Assembly: GCF_009914755.1 (NCBI RefSeq)
Contig: NC_060929.1
From: the human T2T-CHM13v2.0 reference genome, Homo sapiens
Reading direction: 5' to 3' (one strand)
Length of the DNA: 64,000 nucleotides
Under the pieces are notes generated by a model. That model worked only from the letters and a program-made list of their open reading frames with translations. It was not told where the DNA came from and did not search any database. The position numbers were made by a program, and so were the translations under genes. This document shows positions 43,411-56,300 of this stretch, in pieces (the stretch's first letter is position 1; every line of letters begins with the position of its first letter).

Positions 43411-44541
43411 AAAATATTATTACCTATAATATGAAATAATAGATTAATTCTATTTGACAAATATTATAATCATTGTGTTACTGTAAATAAATGTTAGCAT
43501 TCTAATGATAGGAACTTACTCAGACATTTGTTAACACCACACAAAAATATTCAGTCTCTTCTGCCATTGTTTATGTTTTTTCCTACCTATTTTTCACATC
43601 ATCCCAAATCTATTATACCTATTAAAATCCTACAACTCCATTAATGCTAGTCCCAAAAGCAACAATAAAATGGAGTGTATTGCTATTTTTTCAACAGTTT
43701 TACTATTTCATTTTGTGTGTATGCAAAGAACATACTAAAATATCATTTTCCTCTACCACACTTAAAATTTTGAGATTTGGAACTAGTCATATTAATTTGC
43801 TTTATTTACTCTTGCATTGTCTGGTGCTGAATACTCCCTAATTAACTCTATTTACTTAAAGTATGTTTGGTAATTCAATTAAATAATAACGTGCTTTAGC
43901 AGTGTACAACATTATGTATTATTAGATTATTAAACAAGTGATGAGATATGTTCTCTTCCAAGAGGAACTAACAATTTTCTGCAGAGACGCACTTATACAT
44001 AAGTAATTACAATAAGATGTAGGGACAATTAGGGTAGGAAAAATTATCAGAAGCTAGGGAGATTAAGTGGCGGAAGACTAAATATTATTCCATGGACGTG
44101 CCCTATTATTTCCGATGAGCTAAAGAACTTATGCTCCCACACCTGTGTCTATGGTAAGTCACTTGTCTTGATTCCACAGACTTTATCAAACCTTGGTACT
44201 TTGTCCTAAATAGATTACAACTGAGGCAAGATCATAATGCTTACATAATTTACGGATCCCAAAACTAACAAAGGTGGCCTTTCTAAAGGCTTTCAAAAGT
44301 TACTGATACCTAAGTTATCTAGCTAAACTAGAATAGGTTAAAAATCATTACTAAAAATAGATGAATATGTAGTGTGACAGGTCCCCTGTGAGATTACTAA
44401 AGTATGTATGTCTACTGCCTGAAGTCTGAAGGCCAGGCAGTGGGAAAAAGCCATGGTACCCAGCCAAAGAGCAAGTGTCCCCGAGAACCTAAACATCCAG
44501 AGCCTATCTGGGAGCATTCCAAGGGAGGAAACAGTCCCATC

Positions 44542-44596
44542 ACACACACACACACACACACACATACACACACACACACATACACACACACACACA
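44542..44596. repeat. (CA)n microsatellite in the 5' LTR
   Basis: Read directly from the sequence. Confidence 0.95.
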
Positions 44597-45129
44597 ACGG
44601 AAAGAGCCAGAAAATTAGCTTGAAAGCAGCTTAGGCATGGTAGGCAGCATGGATCTCCAAAGCTATCCTGCTGCTGTCCAGGAGAGCCTCATATGTAAGT
44701 CCTCAGTTTTAGTAAACTCCTCTACTCACCAAGCTGGACTTGTCCAAGTCATTCTTTGGTCTCTCAGTTCCCTGTCAATATGGGGAAAGGTTTTGTTTGT
44801 TTGTTTGCTTGTTTTTAAATAGAATGCTGGGTTTTCCTCATTACTGTTGGTGTCACAAATAAGATCTGAGAGACTAAAAGAGAAAGGAGCATCTGTGGGA
44901 GGAATCTTGGGTGGTTGGCAGCATGCATGTGGGGTGGAGTTGCCTGGCTGCTTAACCTTTGTGGAATGCTAGGTAAGTATGGGAATACTTGGAAAATGTG
45001 GGCAGAGACTGGGCGCCTATTACAAGAAGATAAGATATTAAGGTACAAAAGAATAGTAAATGCGCTATTGTTACAATAAGGCTGGCTATGGAAAAATCAT
45101 TAGAGCAGAAAAGAGAAAAAATAGAAACT

Positions 45130-45767
45130 CCTGCAGAAGTTGAAAGGCATGTTAGGTTTTCTACGACTCCAGCTAGTCACATATTATGGCCCTGGCGTGT
45201 GCAAGTTTATTTTTTAAAAATTTCTTCGTCTGTTCTGGTAGACAAAGATATCTTGTGCATATTTTAAAACTGATGGGCAAATTACAACAACAAAATAAAT
45301 TCAGAGCTCAAATGGTTAATCTGCAACTGTAGAGTTAAGTAGAGTGTTCTAAAGCTATCTGTTTCTCTTTCATTTTCTGCCTATTTTGAATCTGCTGTTA
45401 TTAAGCTACCAGGGTTGAGATAAAACTCACTCATTCAAGGCAACTTGGAGGTTTTCTTTTTCTTACTTCAACCAGTTCTACTAAAATGTAACAACGAAAC
45501 TCATTTGGAACTGAAGGAAAGAAAAGATAAAAGAGGTGTTTTGTTTGTTTGCTTGTTTACATATCAAAGTGCCATGGAATATACTTTATCCAAAATTTTG
45601 ATCCATGTCTTTCCTTGGATTACCTGTCAGGGCAAATAAAGTTTAGCCATATATACATGTCCCAATTTTGTAAAAAATAATTTGAAAACAGCCGTCTTTA
45701 GTAAAATAATGAGTTTGCGATATTGTCTCATGACTGGAGTTCTGAGGTAAAAGCTCTTGGATCTTTG

Positions 45768-45806
<39 letters not shown>

Positions 45807-46529
45807 AGATGTGTTTAAGCATATGTACATGTATTATGTTATTTGTTGTTTCTAGAATGCTACCAACTTGGCTTGTAAATACATGAATACTCAAGTAAGT
45901 CCAAATGATTTTCAAGTTCATGTGAATTCACTAATCTTTGGTAAATAAACTGGCTTTAAAATTATTAGTAAAATAAACATAAAACTATCTTCAAAAGCGT
46001 TAACATATATTTTGGTGTTTACTGATTATATAATTTTTATGTTTTTCTCTACTAAATATTTTATGATGTTAAGCTTTGACATAAAGTTTATAGGACTATA
46101 AACCCAGCCAAAAACAGAGTAACATTTGTTTTTTGTGTTTTTCATAATTAAAACTAATTTGATGTTGTTGATTTAATAAAACAGCTAAATTTTCTGAGTT
46201 ATCAGCCAAAATGGTCATGTGTTTAAGGTTCTTGCTTAAATGAATACCTAATATTTACAGATTATGAAAATGATTAACAAAAAGTAACCTGAAATAATGA
46301 CTAGCTTTGTCTAATGTTTTGGTTGTCATGAATAAACTAGGTAAACTGCTAAAAAATAAATAAAATTATTAAATTTAAATGAGATAAATTCTTGTGGGTA
46401 GACTTTTTGTGTCTTAAAATCTTAAAATTATTACAGGTACCCATTGAATTTCTGGGTCATTTCTAATTTAAGGAGGGTTTTGATATGGTGCCTTAATCAC
46501 ATTTCTGAGCCTGTTATTAAAAAGTAAAA

Positions 46530-46530
<1 letters not shown>
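45130..46530 (+). mobile_element. MER4-group (ERV1) non-coding internal segment inside the ERVL provirus
   Basis: 45320-45432 is homologous to the reverse complement of about 9345-9455, and 45585-45610 to that of about 7695-7722. Confidence 0.8.

Positions 46531-46531
<1 letters not shown>

Positions 46532-46579
<48 letters not shown>
46532..46579. repeat. (TG)n microsatellite
   Basis: Read directly. It lies at the junction between the MER4-type segment and ERVL-type sequence. Confidence 0.95.
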
Positions 46580-46583
<4 letters not shown>

Positions 46584-46759
46584 ATTGGCAGACCTCAGCG
46601 AGCTGGATAAAAGGAAGGACTGAGGCCATAATGTAATCAAAGAACAAAAAAAGGGATGGGCCAATGGGTGCCTGTACACTTGCTGTGGCCCAGGCAGGTA
46701 ATGAATGCGAACAATACTGCTTGCCAGGGGCACATTCTAAAATCACCCACACAATCTAG

Positions 46760-48260
46760 GGGCCACACTGCTATAACACCCTTTTGTATTAAAAGTCTCT
46801 AGAGATGCCATAGGCATCAGTTGTTGTTTGTGGCAAAAATAACCAATAGGAATGGTACCTATATGGTTTTGGCCTCAATTATGGAAGGGGTAGAATCTCA
46901 TTGTACAGTCTTAGAGCAACAGCTGTTGGCCATGTATAAGCCATTGCAATGAGCAGAGGCCATCATATGAGGCAGATCATCACAGTAAAGATTGCTTGTA
47001 CTATAAAAGGATGAATAAAAGACCTCCTAGCCAAGCCCACTTCTGGTGTGGCACAAAACACACCTTGCAGAAATGGCGCACCTGTCTACTAAAAAGAGAT
47101 GTCTTGTCCACCAGTCTTTTAAGTCAGGCACTACAGGAAGTGCTCTGACCCATCCACTCTGAACAAGTAGAAGGGACAGACATGGAAGTGGAGCCACCTC
47201 TCAGGCAAACCATCATATATGATGGGATCCCACCAATACCCACTAGTGCCTGGTACACTGATGGGTCTAGCAAAGGCACTCAACACTAATGGTGAGTTGT
47301 CATGGTGCAAGCTATGGGCAGTTTGGATACTCCTCACCCATGAGCCCTGGTCACTAGTCACTTGCACAATTGGGCTACATACAAAAGCCTTACCATGTGG
47401 ATCAATCAATGGCCCACAGACATTTGGCAGGTTTTCATCAGGCCCCTTTGTGGAACGTCCATGTGGCAGGACATCCACATCAAGTTACACAAGAAGGATG
47501 CCTATCTTACAGTGTACCATATGGATGCACACAGCTCCAAGTCACCTTGAGTAAATCAGGAGGTAGATGCCCTTACTCATGTGCTGGCAATTTGCCCAAG
47601 CCTATTGGAGGAGCCCACCATATGGTTACATCATAAGAGCGACCACTAAGGGGCAGCCATGGGATGGGCCATAGCAAAGGCAGCAGGCATCCTTATCAAA
47701 TATGCAGATATTCTGGCAACTTTTCTGAACTGCGAAGACTCGTTCATGGCTATGACCTAGAAAATTTCCCTCCTCACCAGGTTACATATGTTGAACTGTA
47801 CAATCTATGCAGGACTGGCAAGTCGATTATGTCGGCCCCCTGCCCCACAGAGGAGGGACAAGCTATGCCTTATCCTGTGTAGCCACAACAACGGGGCTAC
47901 TTACAGACCTTCCCGGTAAAACATGCCATTCACTCACTGTCATGCACTCTATGCCAAGAAAGATAGGTAGTGATCAGGGCCCCCATTACATGGGCCATGA
48001 TGTCTAACACTGGGCAATGGAATAAAACATAGACTGGAGGTTCCACTTACCATGTAGCTCAAGAGGGACAGGCCTCATAGAAAAAAAGAATGCTCTGTTA
48101 AAAACCTAATTATGTGGATTGTCTCAAGACAGTTCTTTAGGGTCCTGGTCTAAGAAACTTGCTGAAGCTATACACATTTTAAATGAGTCATTCACTACCA
48201 CACATGGTTTCACTCCCTGTGAATGATTGAAAAGGTCTGTAAAACAGGCCCTACAGAGTC
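46760..48260 (+). pseudogene. pol: Class III (ERVL-like) pol remnant: RT connection, RNase H, integrase
   Basis: LEQQLLAMY near 46910; AWYTDGSSKG at 47248-47277; MWINQW...MWQDI...TVYHMDAH; WQVDYVGPLP and IGSDQGPHY (ORF 47807-48007). Many stops and frameshifts. Confidence 0.9.
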
Positions 48261-48779
48261 TCAGGGTTACCTCTTGAGACTCAGTGCCATGCTCCTGAAT
48301 CAGGTGGCCACACCATGCTCCTGAGAATACCAGTGGATCTGCCATGTGCCAATGGCTAAATGAACCTGAGTTGAGCTAGAAAGTGCTCCTGTACTGGATC
48401 AGTTTCATGGCACCAGAAGGTACCATGAAGGCTGCTGGAGGGGAGTTGATCCCAGCTGTGCTACTTGAAGGAGGTCTGAGAACCTGACGGTATCAACACT
48501 TGGTAGCACTGACACCTACAGAAGTGATCATAGTGTGGATAGCACAGGCCAGGCCAGAAACTTACCAATTGGCTATTATACTTGCTCCTAGGGAAAGAAG
48601 CCCTCCGTGGTACTGTAAGCCGGGTTTGAGGCTTGGTGGCCTTCCTAACAGGGCCAATGGAAGAAAATAAAGAAGTAATAATATTACAGTGAATACCCAT
48701 GAGGGCTCCCACTAAACACCTGTATTTACACCCATAGGCTGTTGTTCCTGCCACCAGTCTAGAATGTCTTCCTATACTA

Positions 48780-49903
48780 GGCTGCAATTATAGCAGCAGT
48801 CAGCACCCAGTCTGTTTGGTATGTGGATACTTCCTCTTGTCAAGTTTTAGTGTTATGCCTTGGAATATTCTACCTTCCTCCTGACGGAATTGCAGTAACT
48901 TGTTCAACAGTACCAATAAGGCAACCCTGGTTCACTGGGGATTGCATCCACCTGGTGGGCGTATCAATAGCAGAACAGAGACCCAAAATATGTTTGCTCT
49001 TGACTGACAACAAATGAATGACACCACACCATTCACATGTCCATAGAAGATGGCATCTTCTGGGCAGTTGCTGAAAATGCAGTGCTCTACAAAAGAGCCT
49101 CTGTATATTTTGAGACGTAACCACACCTCCACTGCCACCGATTCCTAACTGATGTGGTTGCTACCCCCATTAGCCTGTAATTGTACTTATCCGGTGTTGG
49201 CAACAGACTGGACTGGTTGACAAAATAGCTGTAAGAAGGCAAGTGTGTTTTCTTCACCTTTGGGGGCAGGATGGTTATAAGTGGGGCTAATTTATGGCCA
49301 TATGTACTTCATAACTTGGCTTGGGTGATATGCAGTGGGGTAGTCATTTCTACCAGGAGTTATATACAAAACCACCCACCAGCCCATCCAACATACAAAC
49401 CATGAGAGCCAGGTTTCTCTGATCCTTGGCACAGCAGAAATGGCCAATGAGTATTTTCACATTATCTGCAGGTACCATTGATGATTTGACTCAAGTCACT
49501 GTCCTGGCACTATTAACTGCCAAGGAATTTGATCATACTAAGAATAGCATTAGCTTGCTAGGTCAGGAGACTGCTCAAATGAGAAAGGTAGTATTACAAA
49601 GCTATGTGACTTTGAACTTTCTCACGGAAGCCCAGGGTAGCTCATGATGCTATCTGTTTTGCCTGTGAAGAGAATAATGTGACAGATGCTTTAAATCATT
49701 TGTCAACTCAAATGTACTGTATAACTCAATTGGGTTTCTTTGACTCATTCCCAGATTGGTTACACAACTTACCTACCCCTTGGAGTTATGTTTTGCTAAT
49801 AGACATTATAATTGTACTTAGCTTCTGTTTTTCATGCCGTTGTGTGTACTGTGGATGTGGCTCGCACACACAAACCATGGCTATATGTTATAGACCTCCA
49901 TAG
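48780..49903 (+). pseudogene. env: env-like remnant (class I-type TM)
   Basis: SISLLGQETAQMRKVVLQSYVTLNFLTEAQG (degenerate ISD heptad) and DALNHL...DWLHNLPTPWSYVLLIDIIIVLSFCFSC (anchor). The upstream SU-like part is Cys/Trp-rich and its boundary is approximate. Confidence 0.75.
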
Positions 49904-51739
49904 TTATTTCCCTTATACCCTGCTCAGAGACCCTTACGCAAGAGTTTGTGAGAAGAATATAAGAGCTGGGGGACAGGGTGAATATTAGCGTGACCGATCC
50001 CCCACCAGGTTACTAAGGGGTGTATGTCTGCTGTCTAAACTCTGAAGGCCCGGCAGTAAGCCAAGGCCACAGTGCCCAGCCAAGGAGCAGGTATCCATGA
50101 GAACCCAAACATCCCAGAGACTACCTAGGAACATATTAAGAAAAACAGTCCTATTACACACATACAGTAGGCAAAGAGACAGAAAATTAGCTTAAAATCA
50201 GCTTAGAGATGGGAGGCGGCACATTAATCTCTAAAGCTTCCCTGTTGCCTCGTATGTTAAGTCCTAATAAACTCATCTGCTTGCCAAGCTGGATTTGTCC
50301 AAGTCATTATTTGGTTTCTCAGCAACTTTCCAATTTGGGGAAAGATTTTTTTAGTGCAATTCTAGGTTTTCTTGTTACAGAATACACAGTTAATTTAATA
50401 CAATATGTTCCTATTACAAGTATTAGATTCCTGATAAATGCTCACTGAATAAAAGTTGAAATATTAAAATGTACCAACATATTTTATTTAAATAATTATT
50501 TAAAAATAAGTGTTTTCTTCTTGATTATCTTGGAAAGGCTTATATGCTTTATCAATTTTTAATGTAACCAAATCTAAATGCAGTTTCCAACGAAATAGTG
50601 ATTATTTCTAACCTAAACAAGTATTACTCTGATAACTGATTAAATATCAGAGTAATGAATCCAGTAACCAAACTAATGTAAAGATAATGGTCTCAACAAC
50701 GTGTTACCTATTTTTAATTTCTAGAAAGTTCATAGAAAAAAATACAAAGGAAAAAGAACTTCAACTTCCACCCTCTTCTTTTGAAAACTTTGACAAATTT
50801 TCACACTATATATTTTTGAGAGAGCTTCAAGATAAAAATTGTGAAAATGACCTTTACTTTATGCTTTTATTTTCTTGATGTGCTAGCTTGGATTATCATT
50901 TTATGCACTATTTATAGTCTTTTTATAGGAAAGCTGACCTTTACTTGAATTTAGGGATGGACAGAATACAAATGTGCAAGCATACTTCTTATGAGCTGGA
51001 AAAAAAAAATCAAACGAATGATAAACAGATGAGAGTGTCTGTGAAAGATTCATATGAAGTGTATCTTTCAGGCTAGGGTTTACAGAAACCAATTACAATT
51101 TTGTAGCTCTCTAGATTGCTTTATCAGTACTTAAAAATGAAAGAAGATAAAGCAAGTACTTACATGAAATACCCTTCATCAAATAATCCTGCAAACTGTA
51201 TTACACATATAGGAGCTCAATGTAGTAGTTAGGTTTTGTTTAAAATTATTCCATGTAGGTATATATTTAAAATGTGCAAAGCTCTAACTTCCCCTGTTTT
51301 AAAAATCTGTCACCATGCTTCCTTTTTAATAGTGATCTCTAAGTTGGCTTTTGAACCAGTAACTTAAATGTTAGAAAACTATAATTCTGGATTGAGATAA
51401 AATGATAAAAGACACTGACAAAATAAAGTGAATATGCTATATATTAAAACTGTCTCTAAAAGTAAACATTATCCTGAGAAATGTTTAAATTAGCAGCGAT
51501 CTTAGACTGGCCCCAAATTAAATTAGAATAGTAGAAATTATATTGGTCTGAAACTGTATTTTTCCATCGAAAAGTAAAATATTTAATTTATTGATAATAA
51601 AGTTTGAAGGAGTATACTGAGCTGATTAAGGGATGCTTCAAAGACATACGTAGAATTCCTACTTAAAAAAATACTCACTGGTTATGCAAGCGTAAAAATA
51701 GATTAAACAAATGCATTCAATTTTTCAATACAGCAAAAA

Positions 51740-52075
51740 TAATACTCTTTCTGGTTCTCTTTGTATAATAGACAACATTGCACAGCTAGTTGGATGTGGC
51801 CATGTGAATAAATTTACCCCAGTAGGATGTGTGGAGCATAATGTATGCCTGTTCTAGGCTGTAGACTAGGAAATCAACAACCAGTTACCTGGAAAGTGTT
51901 GTGATGAAACTGGCTGAGAATCCAGAATATTGGATATTTGAATGACTGCAGAGGGTACAGCTTCTGTGGACTTACTGACTTGGATTTGCTATGGGACAGA
52001 AAAATGATTATTTATTTTGTTTAACAATTACACTTTTTGGTCTATTACAGCTGTCCAGACTACCTTACCTAATAC
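51740..52075 (+). mobile_element. Old MLT1 LTR
   Basis: tggccatgtgaataaattt; gaatgactgcagagg; ctgacttggatttgctatgggacagaaaaat. Confidence 0.5.
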
Positions 52076-52739
52076 AACCAAAGAGAAGAAAAAAATATCT
52101 TTTAAGCACTCAGTTTCTAGAGTCTCTCTACAATAAAATTGCTACTTCAGTGATTGGCTTGCCCGCAAAAGAATTGGAGATTTACATTAATAAAGACAAA
52201 GATGACATCACATTACCAAACAAGAGCTGCGAGAATTTGATGAAATCAAATGCCTTGAAAATGGCCAATTATGTTTGATGATCGCAACCAAGAAGTAAAT
52301 GTCAACAGATGTCACCATCAAATCATGCTTTCCATTTTGAAATCAGTAATATTTATTTTTTATTTCTTAATTTTGTCTTCTCTTTGATAAAATGTAATAA
52401 ATGGATAACTACAGTGGACAACATGTGAGTCATCTCTTTTTCACCCTTTTTCTAATCTCATTTTACTTTACAGAATCGAAGGCTATCAATTTGGTTGGCA
52501 TCTCCGGTAAACTTGACTGATAGTTAAAAATAGCCATAGTAATAATAACCTATGAGCACAATGGCTGCATACAATTCAAATAACTAATTCACATATACTA
52601 CAATTACTTTTGAAGACTTTTGATTTGAACATTTAATGCTTTTTATTAATGAAAACCCGTCTACATTTATTAGTGTATATGAAACTGTTTATTTTAATTT
52701 TTTGTTCCATATCCTAGTCTATTTGGCTATTCAGTACTT

Positions 52740-52875
52740 TTATTGCATGCATATATATATATACATATGCACATATATGTGTACATATACACACACAGTG
52801 TATATATATATAAATAGCATATAATTACATATACATTGATATATAATGTGTGTGCATATATAAATATGTATACAA
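52740..52875. repeat. Low-complexity (TA/CA)n tract
   Basis: Read directly from the sequence. Confidence 0.85.
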
Positions 52876-53334
52876 TTAATTTCATGATCCACATTTTATT
52901 ATTTTATTAATATGTTCAGTATAGGCATCTCTCTTGAAAAATTGTTTTCATTCCATGTTCTGGTTCTGTTTGCCTCAGTTTCTGAAGTATTTCTCCTTTT
53001 TATTATTTGATGAATTTTTATGTTTCTCTGCAATGATATCAACTTTATTTAATCATGTTTTATTATCATTTCCTGATGGTCAAATGTGTATCATTATCTA
53101 CCATGAGTGACTAAGGAAGAAGTGCAGGGACATGGTGATAACTTTTTTCCAGAGTCCTAACTTTGACATTTATTTAAAATGAATAACTCTTTATAATTCT
53201 CAATGTATTTTATTCTACATCTATTGACTTTGTGCTTCAAGTTTTAAAAAATATACAAACATTTAAAATAAACTTATCCTGCCTACGGTTGTAATTTCCA
53301 GGTGTTATTATAATTTTATTATGAAATTTATCTC

Positions 53335-56300
53335 TTTTTTTTCTGTCCAACTTTTATTTTAGGTTCAAGGGAACAGGTGCAGGTTTGTTACGTGGGTAAA
53401 TTGCACGTTGTGGAGGTTTGGTGTACCCATTACTTTGTCTCTCAGGTAGTGAGTGTATTACCCAAAAGGTAGTTTTTTGCTCCTCATCTTCCCCCTACAC
53501 TCTACCCTCAAGTAGGCCAAAATGTCTATTGTTCCCTTCTTTGTGTTCATGTGTAAAGTTTAGCTCCCACTAATAAGTGAGAATATATGGTATTTGGGTT
53601 TCCGTTCTTGCTGTCCTAAGCAAATTTACAAATACGCTTAGGATAATGGCCTCCAGTGCTATCCATGTTGCTGCAAAGAACATGATTCCTTATTTTTATG
53701 GCTGCATAGCATTTCAAGGTGTATATGTACTACATTATCTTTATCCAATTCACCATCGATGGACATCTAGTTTAATTCCATGTCTTTGCTATTGTGAATA
53801 CTGCCGCAATGAACATATGCACGCATGTGTCTTTATGGTAGAATGACATATTCCTTAGGGTATGTAATAGTTCATTTTCATGATGCTGATAAAGACATTC
53901 CTGAGACTGGGTCATTTATAAAGAAAAAGAGGTTTAATGGGCTCACAGTTCCACGTGGCTGGGGAAGCCTTACAATCATGGTGGAAGGAGGAAGCCACAT
54001 CTTACATGGTGGCAGACAAGAGAGAATGAGAGCCAAGCAAAAGGGGTTTCCCCTTACAAAACTATCAGATCTCATGAGACTTATTCACTACCACAAGGAC
54101 AGTATGTGGGAAACCGCCCCCCTGATTCATTTATCTTCCACCACCAAGTCCCTCCCACAACACGTGGGAATTATAGGAACTACAGAGCAACAATTCAAGA
54201 TGAGATTTGGATGGGGACACAGACAAACCATATTGTTATGCCCTGACCCCTTCTCACATCTCATGTCCTCACATTTCAAAATCAATCATGCCTTCCCAAC
54301 AGTACCCCACAGTCTTAACTCATTTCAGCTTTAACTCAAAAATCCACAACACAAAGTCTCATCTCAGACAAGGCAAGTCCCTTCCACCCATGAGCCTGTA
54401 AAATCAAAAGCAAGTTAGTTACTTCCTAGATACAAAGCAGGGTGTGGGAATTGGATAAATACCCCATTTCAAATGGAAGAAATGGGCCAAAACAAAGGGG
54501 CTAAAGGCCCTACGCAAGTCTGAAATCCAATGGGGCAGTCAAATCTTAATACTCCAAAATGATCTCCTTTGACTCCATGTCTCACATTCAGGTCACACTG
54601 ATGCAAGAGGTGGGTTCCCATGGTCTTGGGCAGCTCCACCCGTGTGGCTTTGCAGGATACTATCTTCCCTTCTGGCTGCTTTCATCAGACGGCATTGAGT
54701 GTCTGTGGCTTTCCCAGATGCACGGTGCAAGCTGTCAGCGGATCTACCACTCTGGGGTCTGGAGGACAGTGGCCCTCTTCTCACAGCTCCACTAGGCAGT
54801 GAATAAAAATAGTTCTACTTCTTCTCTTCCAATTTGGATGCCTTTTATTTCTTTCTTTTGCCTGATTACTCTGGCCAGGACTTCTAGTACTACATTGAAG
54901 AGGAGTAATGAGAGTAGATATTCTTGTCTTCTTCCACTACTCAAGGGGAATGATTCCAGCTATTGCCTATTCAGTATGATGTTGGCTGTGAGGTTGTCAT
55001 ATGCGACTCTTATTATTTTGAGATACATCCATTTAATGCTTAGTTTGTTGAGGTTTTTAACGTTAAAGAATGTTGAATTTTATTGAAAGCCTTCTCTGAG
55101 TGTATTGAGATGATCAGCCTTCTCTGCATCTGTTGAGACAATGTGTGTGCATGTGTGTGTGTATTTTAGTTCTATTCATGTGATGAATCACATTTGTTGA
55201 TTCGTGTATGTTAAACCAAACTTGCATCACAGGAATAAAGCCTATTTGAGTGTAGTGGAATAGAGTTTTGGTGTTCTGCTGAATTCAGTTTACTAGTATT
55301 CTGTTAAGAATTTTTGCATCTTTGTACATCAGGGATATTGGTCTAAAGTTTTCTATTTTTATTGTGACTCCTCTAGTGTTTTGATATCAGGATGATGCTT
55401 GCCTCATAGAAAGAGTTTAGGAGGATTCTTTCTTTTCAATGTTTTGGAATAGTTTCAGTAGTATTGGTAACAGCTATTCATATATGTCTGGTAGAATTTG
55501 ACTGTGAATTTGTATGGCAGGGTATGTTCTGGTTGGTAGGCTTTTTATCACTGATTCAATTTCAGAACCCATTATTGGTCTGTTCAGGGTTTCAATTTCT
55601 TACTGGTTCAATTTTGAAAGGTTGTTTGCAATAATTTATCAATTTATTCTAGGTTTCCTAGTTTGTGTGCATAGGTGTGTTTATAATAGTCTCTGAGGGT
55701 ATTTTTTCATTTATTTCTGTATTTCTATGGGGTGTGTAGTAATGTCCCTTTTGCCACTTCTTATAGTGTTTATTTGCATCGCCTCTCCTTTTTCTTTATT
55801 AGTCTAGCTAGAAATGCATTAATCTTATTTATTCTTATGAAGAAAAAACTTTTGCTTTTGATTATCTTTTGTACCAGTTTTCACATCTCAATTTTATTCA
55901 CTTTAGCTCTGATTTTTTTTTTTCTGTCTTTGGAGTTGGTTTGCTTGTGTGTGTTTTTGTTTTTAGTTCCTCTCAGTGTGATGTAGGTTCTTAATTTGAT
56001 ATTTTTCTAACTTTTTGATGTGGGTGTTTTGTGCTATAAATTTTCCTCTTGCCACTGCTTTAGCTGTGACCCAGAGATTGTGGTGTGCTGTACCTTCGTT
56101 TTTATTTGTTTCAAAGAATTTCTTGATTTCTGCCTTATTTTCTTAATATACCAAAATGTAATTCAAGAGAAAATTGTTTAATTTCCATGTAATTACACAG
56201 TTTTGAGAGATCTTATTGTATTGATTTTTATTTTGATTGTACTGATGTCTGATATTGTAGTTGGTTAGATTTCAGTATTTCTGAATTTGTTAAGAATTGC

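Larger units (their letters stand above)
44368..50379 (+). mobile_element. ERVL-type (LTR47-like) provirus: 5' LTR 44368-44845, 3' LTR 49983-50379
   Basis: Two homologous LTRs and a perfect 5-bp TSD GAATA (44363-44367 / 50380-50384). PBS-like TGGTGTCACAAATAAGAT at 44848 and a purine tract gggggacagggtgaa before the 3' LTR. Confidence 0.9.

Noticed and set aside
48780-49903. Possible intact env ORF
   Set aside because: Broken into short frames under 80 aa, with a degenerate ISD and a stop before the CX6CC region.
52425-52473. Intron between donor GTGAGT and the nearby acceptor
   Set aside because: At about 49 nt it is too short for a normal human spliceosomal intron.
53825-54334. 169-aa ORF
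   Set aside because: Runs across L1, THE1 LTR and THE1 internal sequence, so it is a chance frame in repeats.
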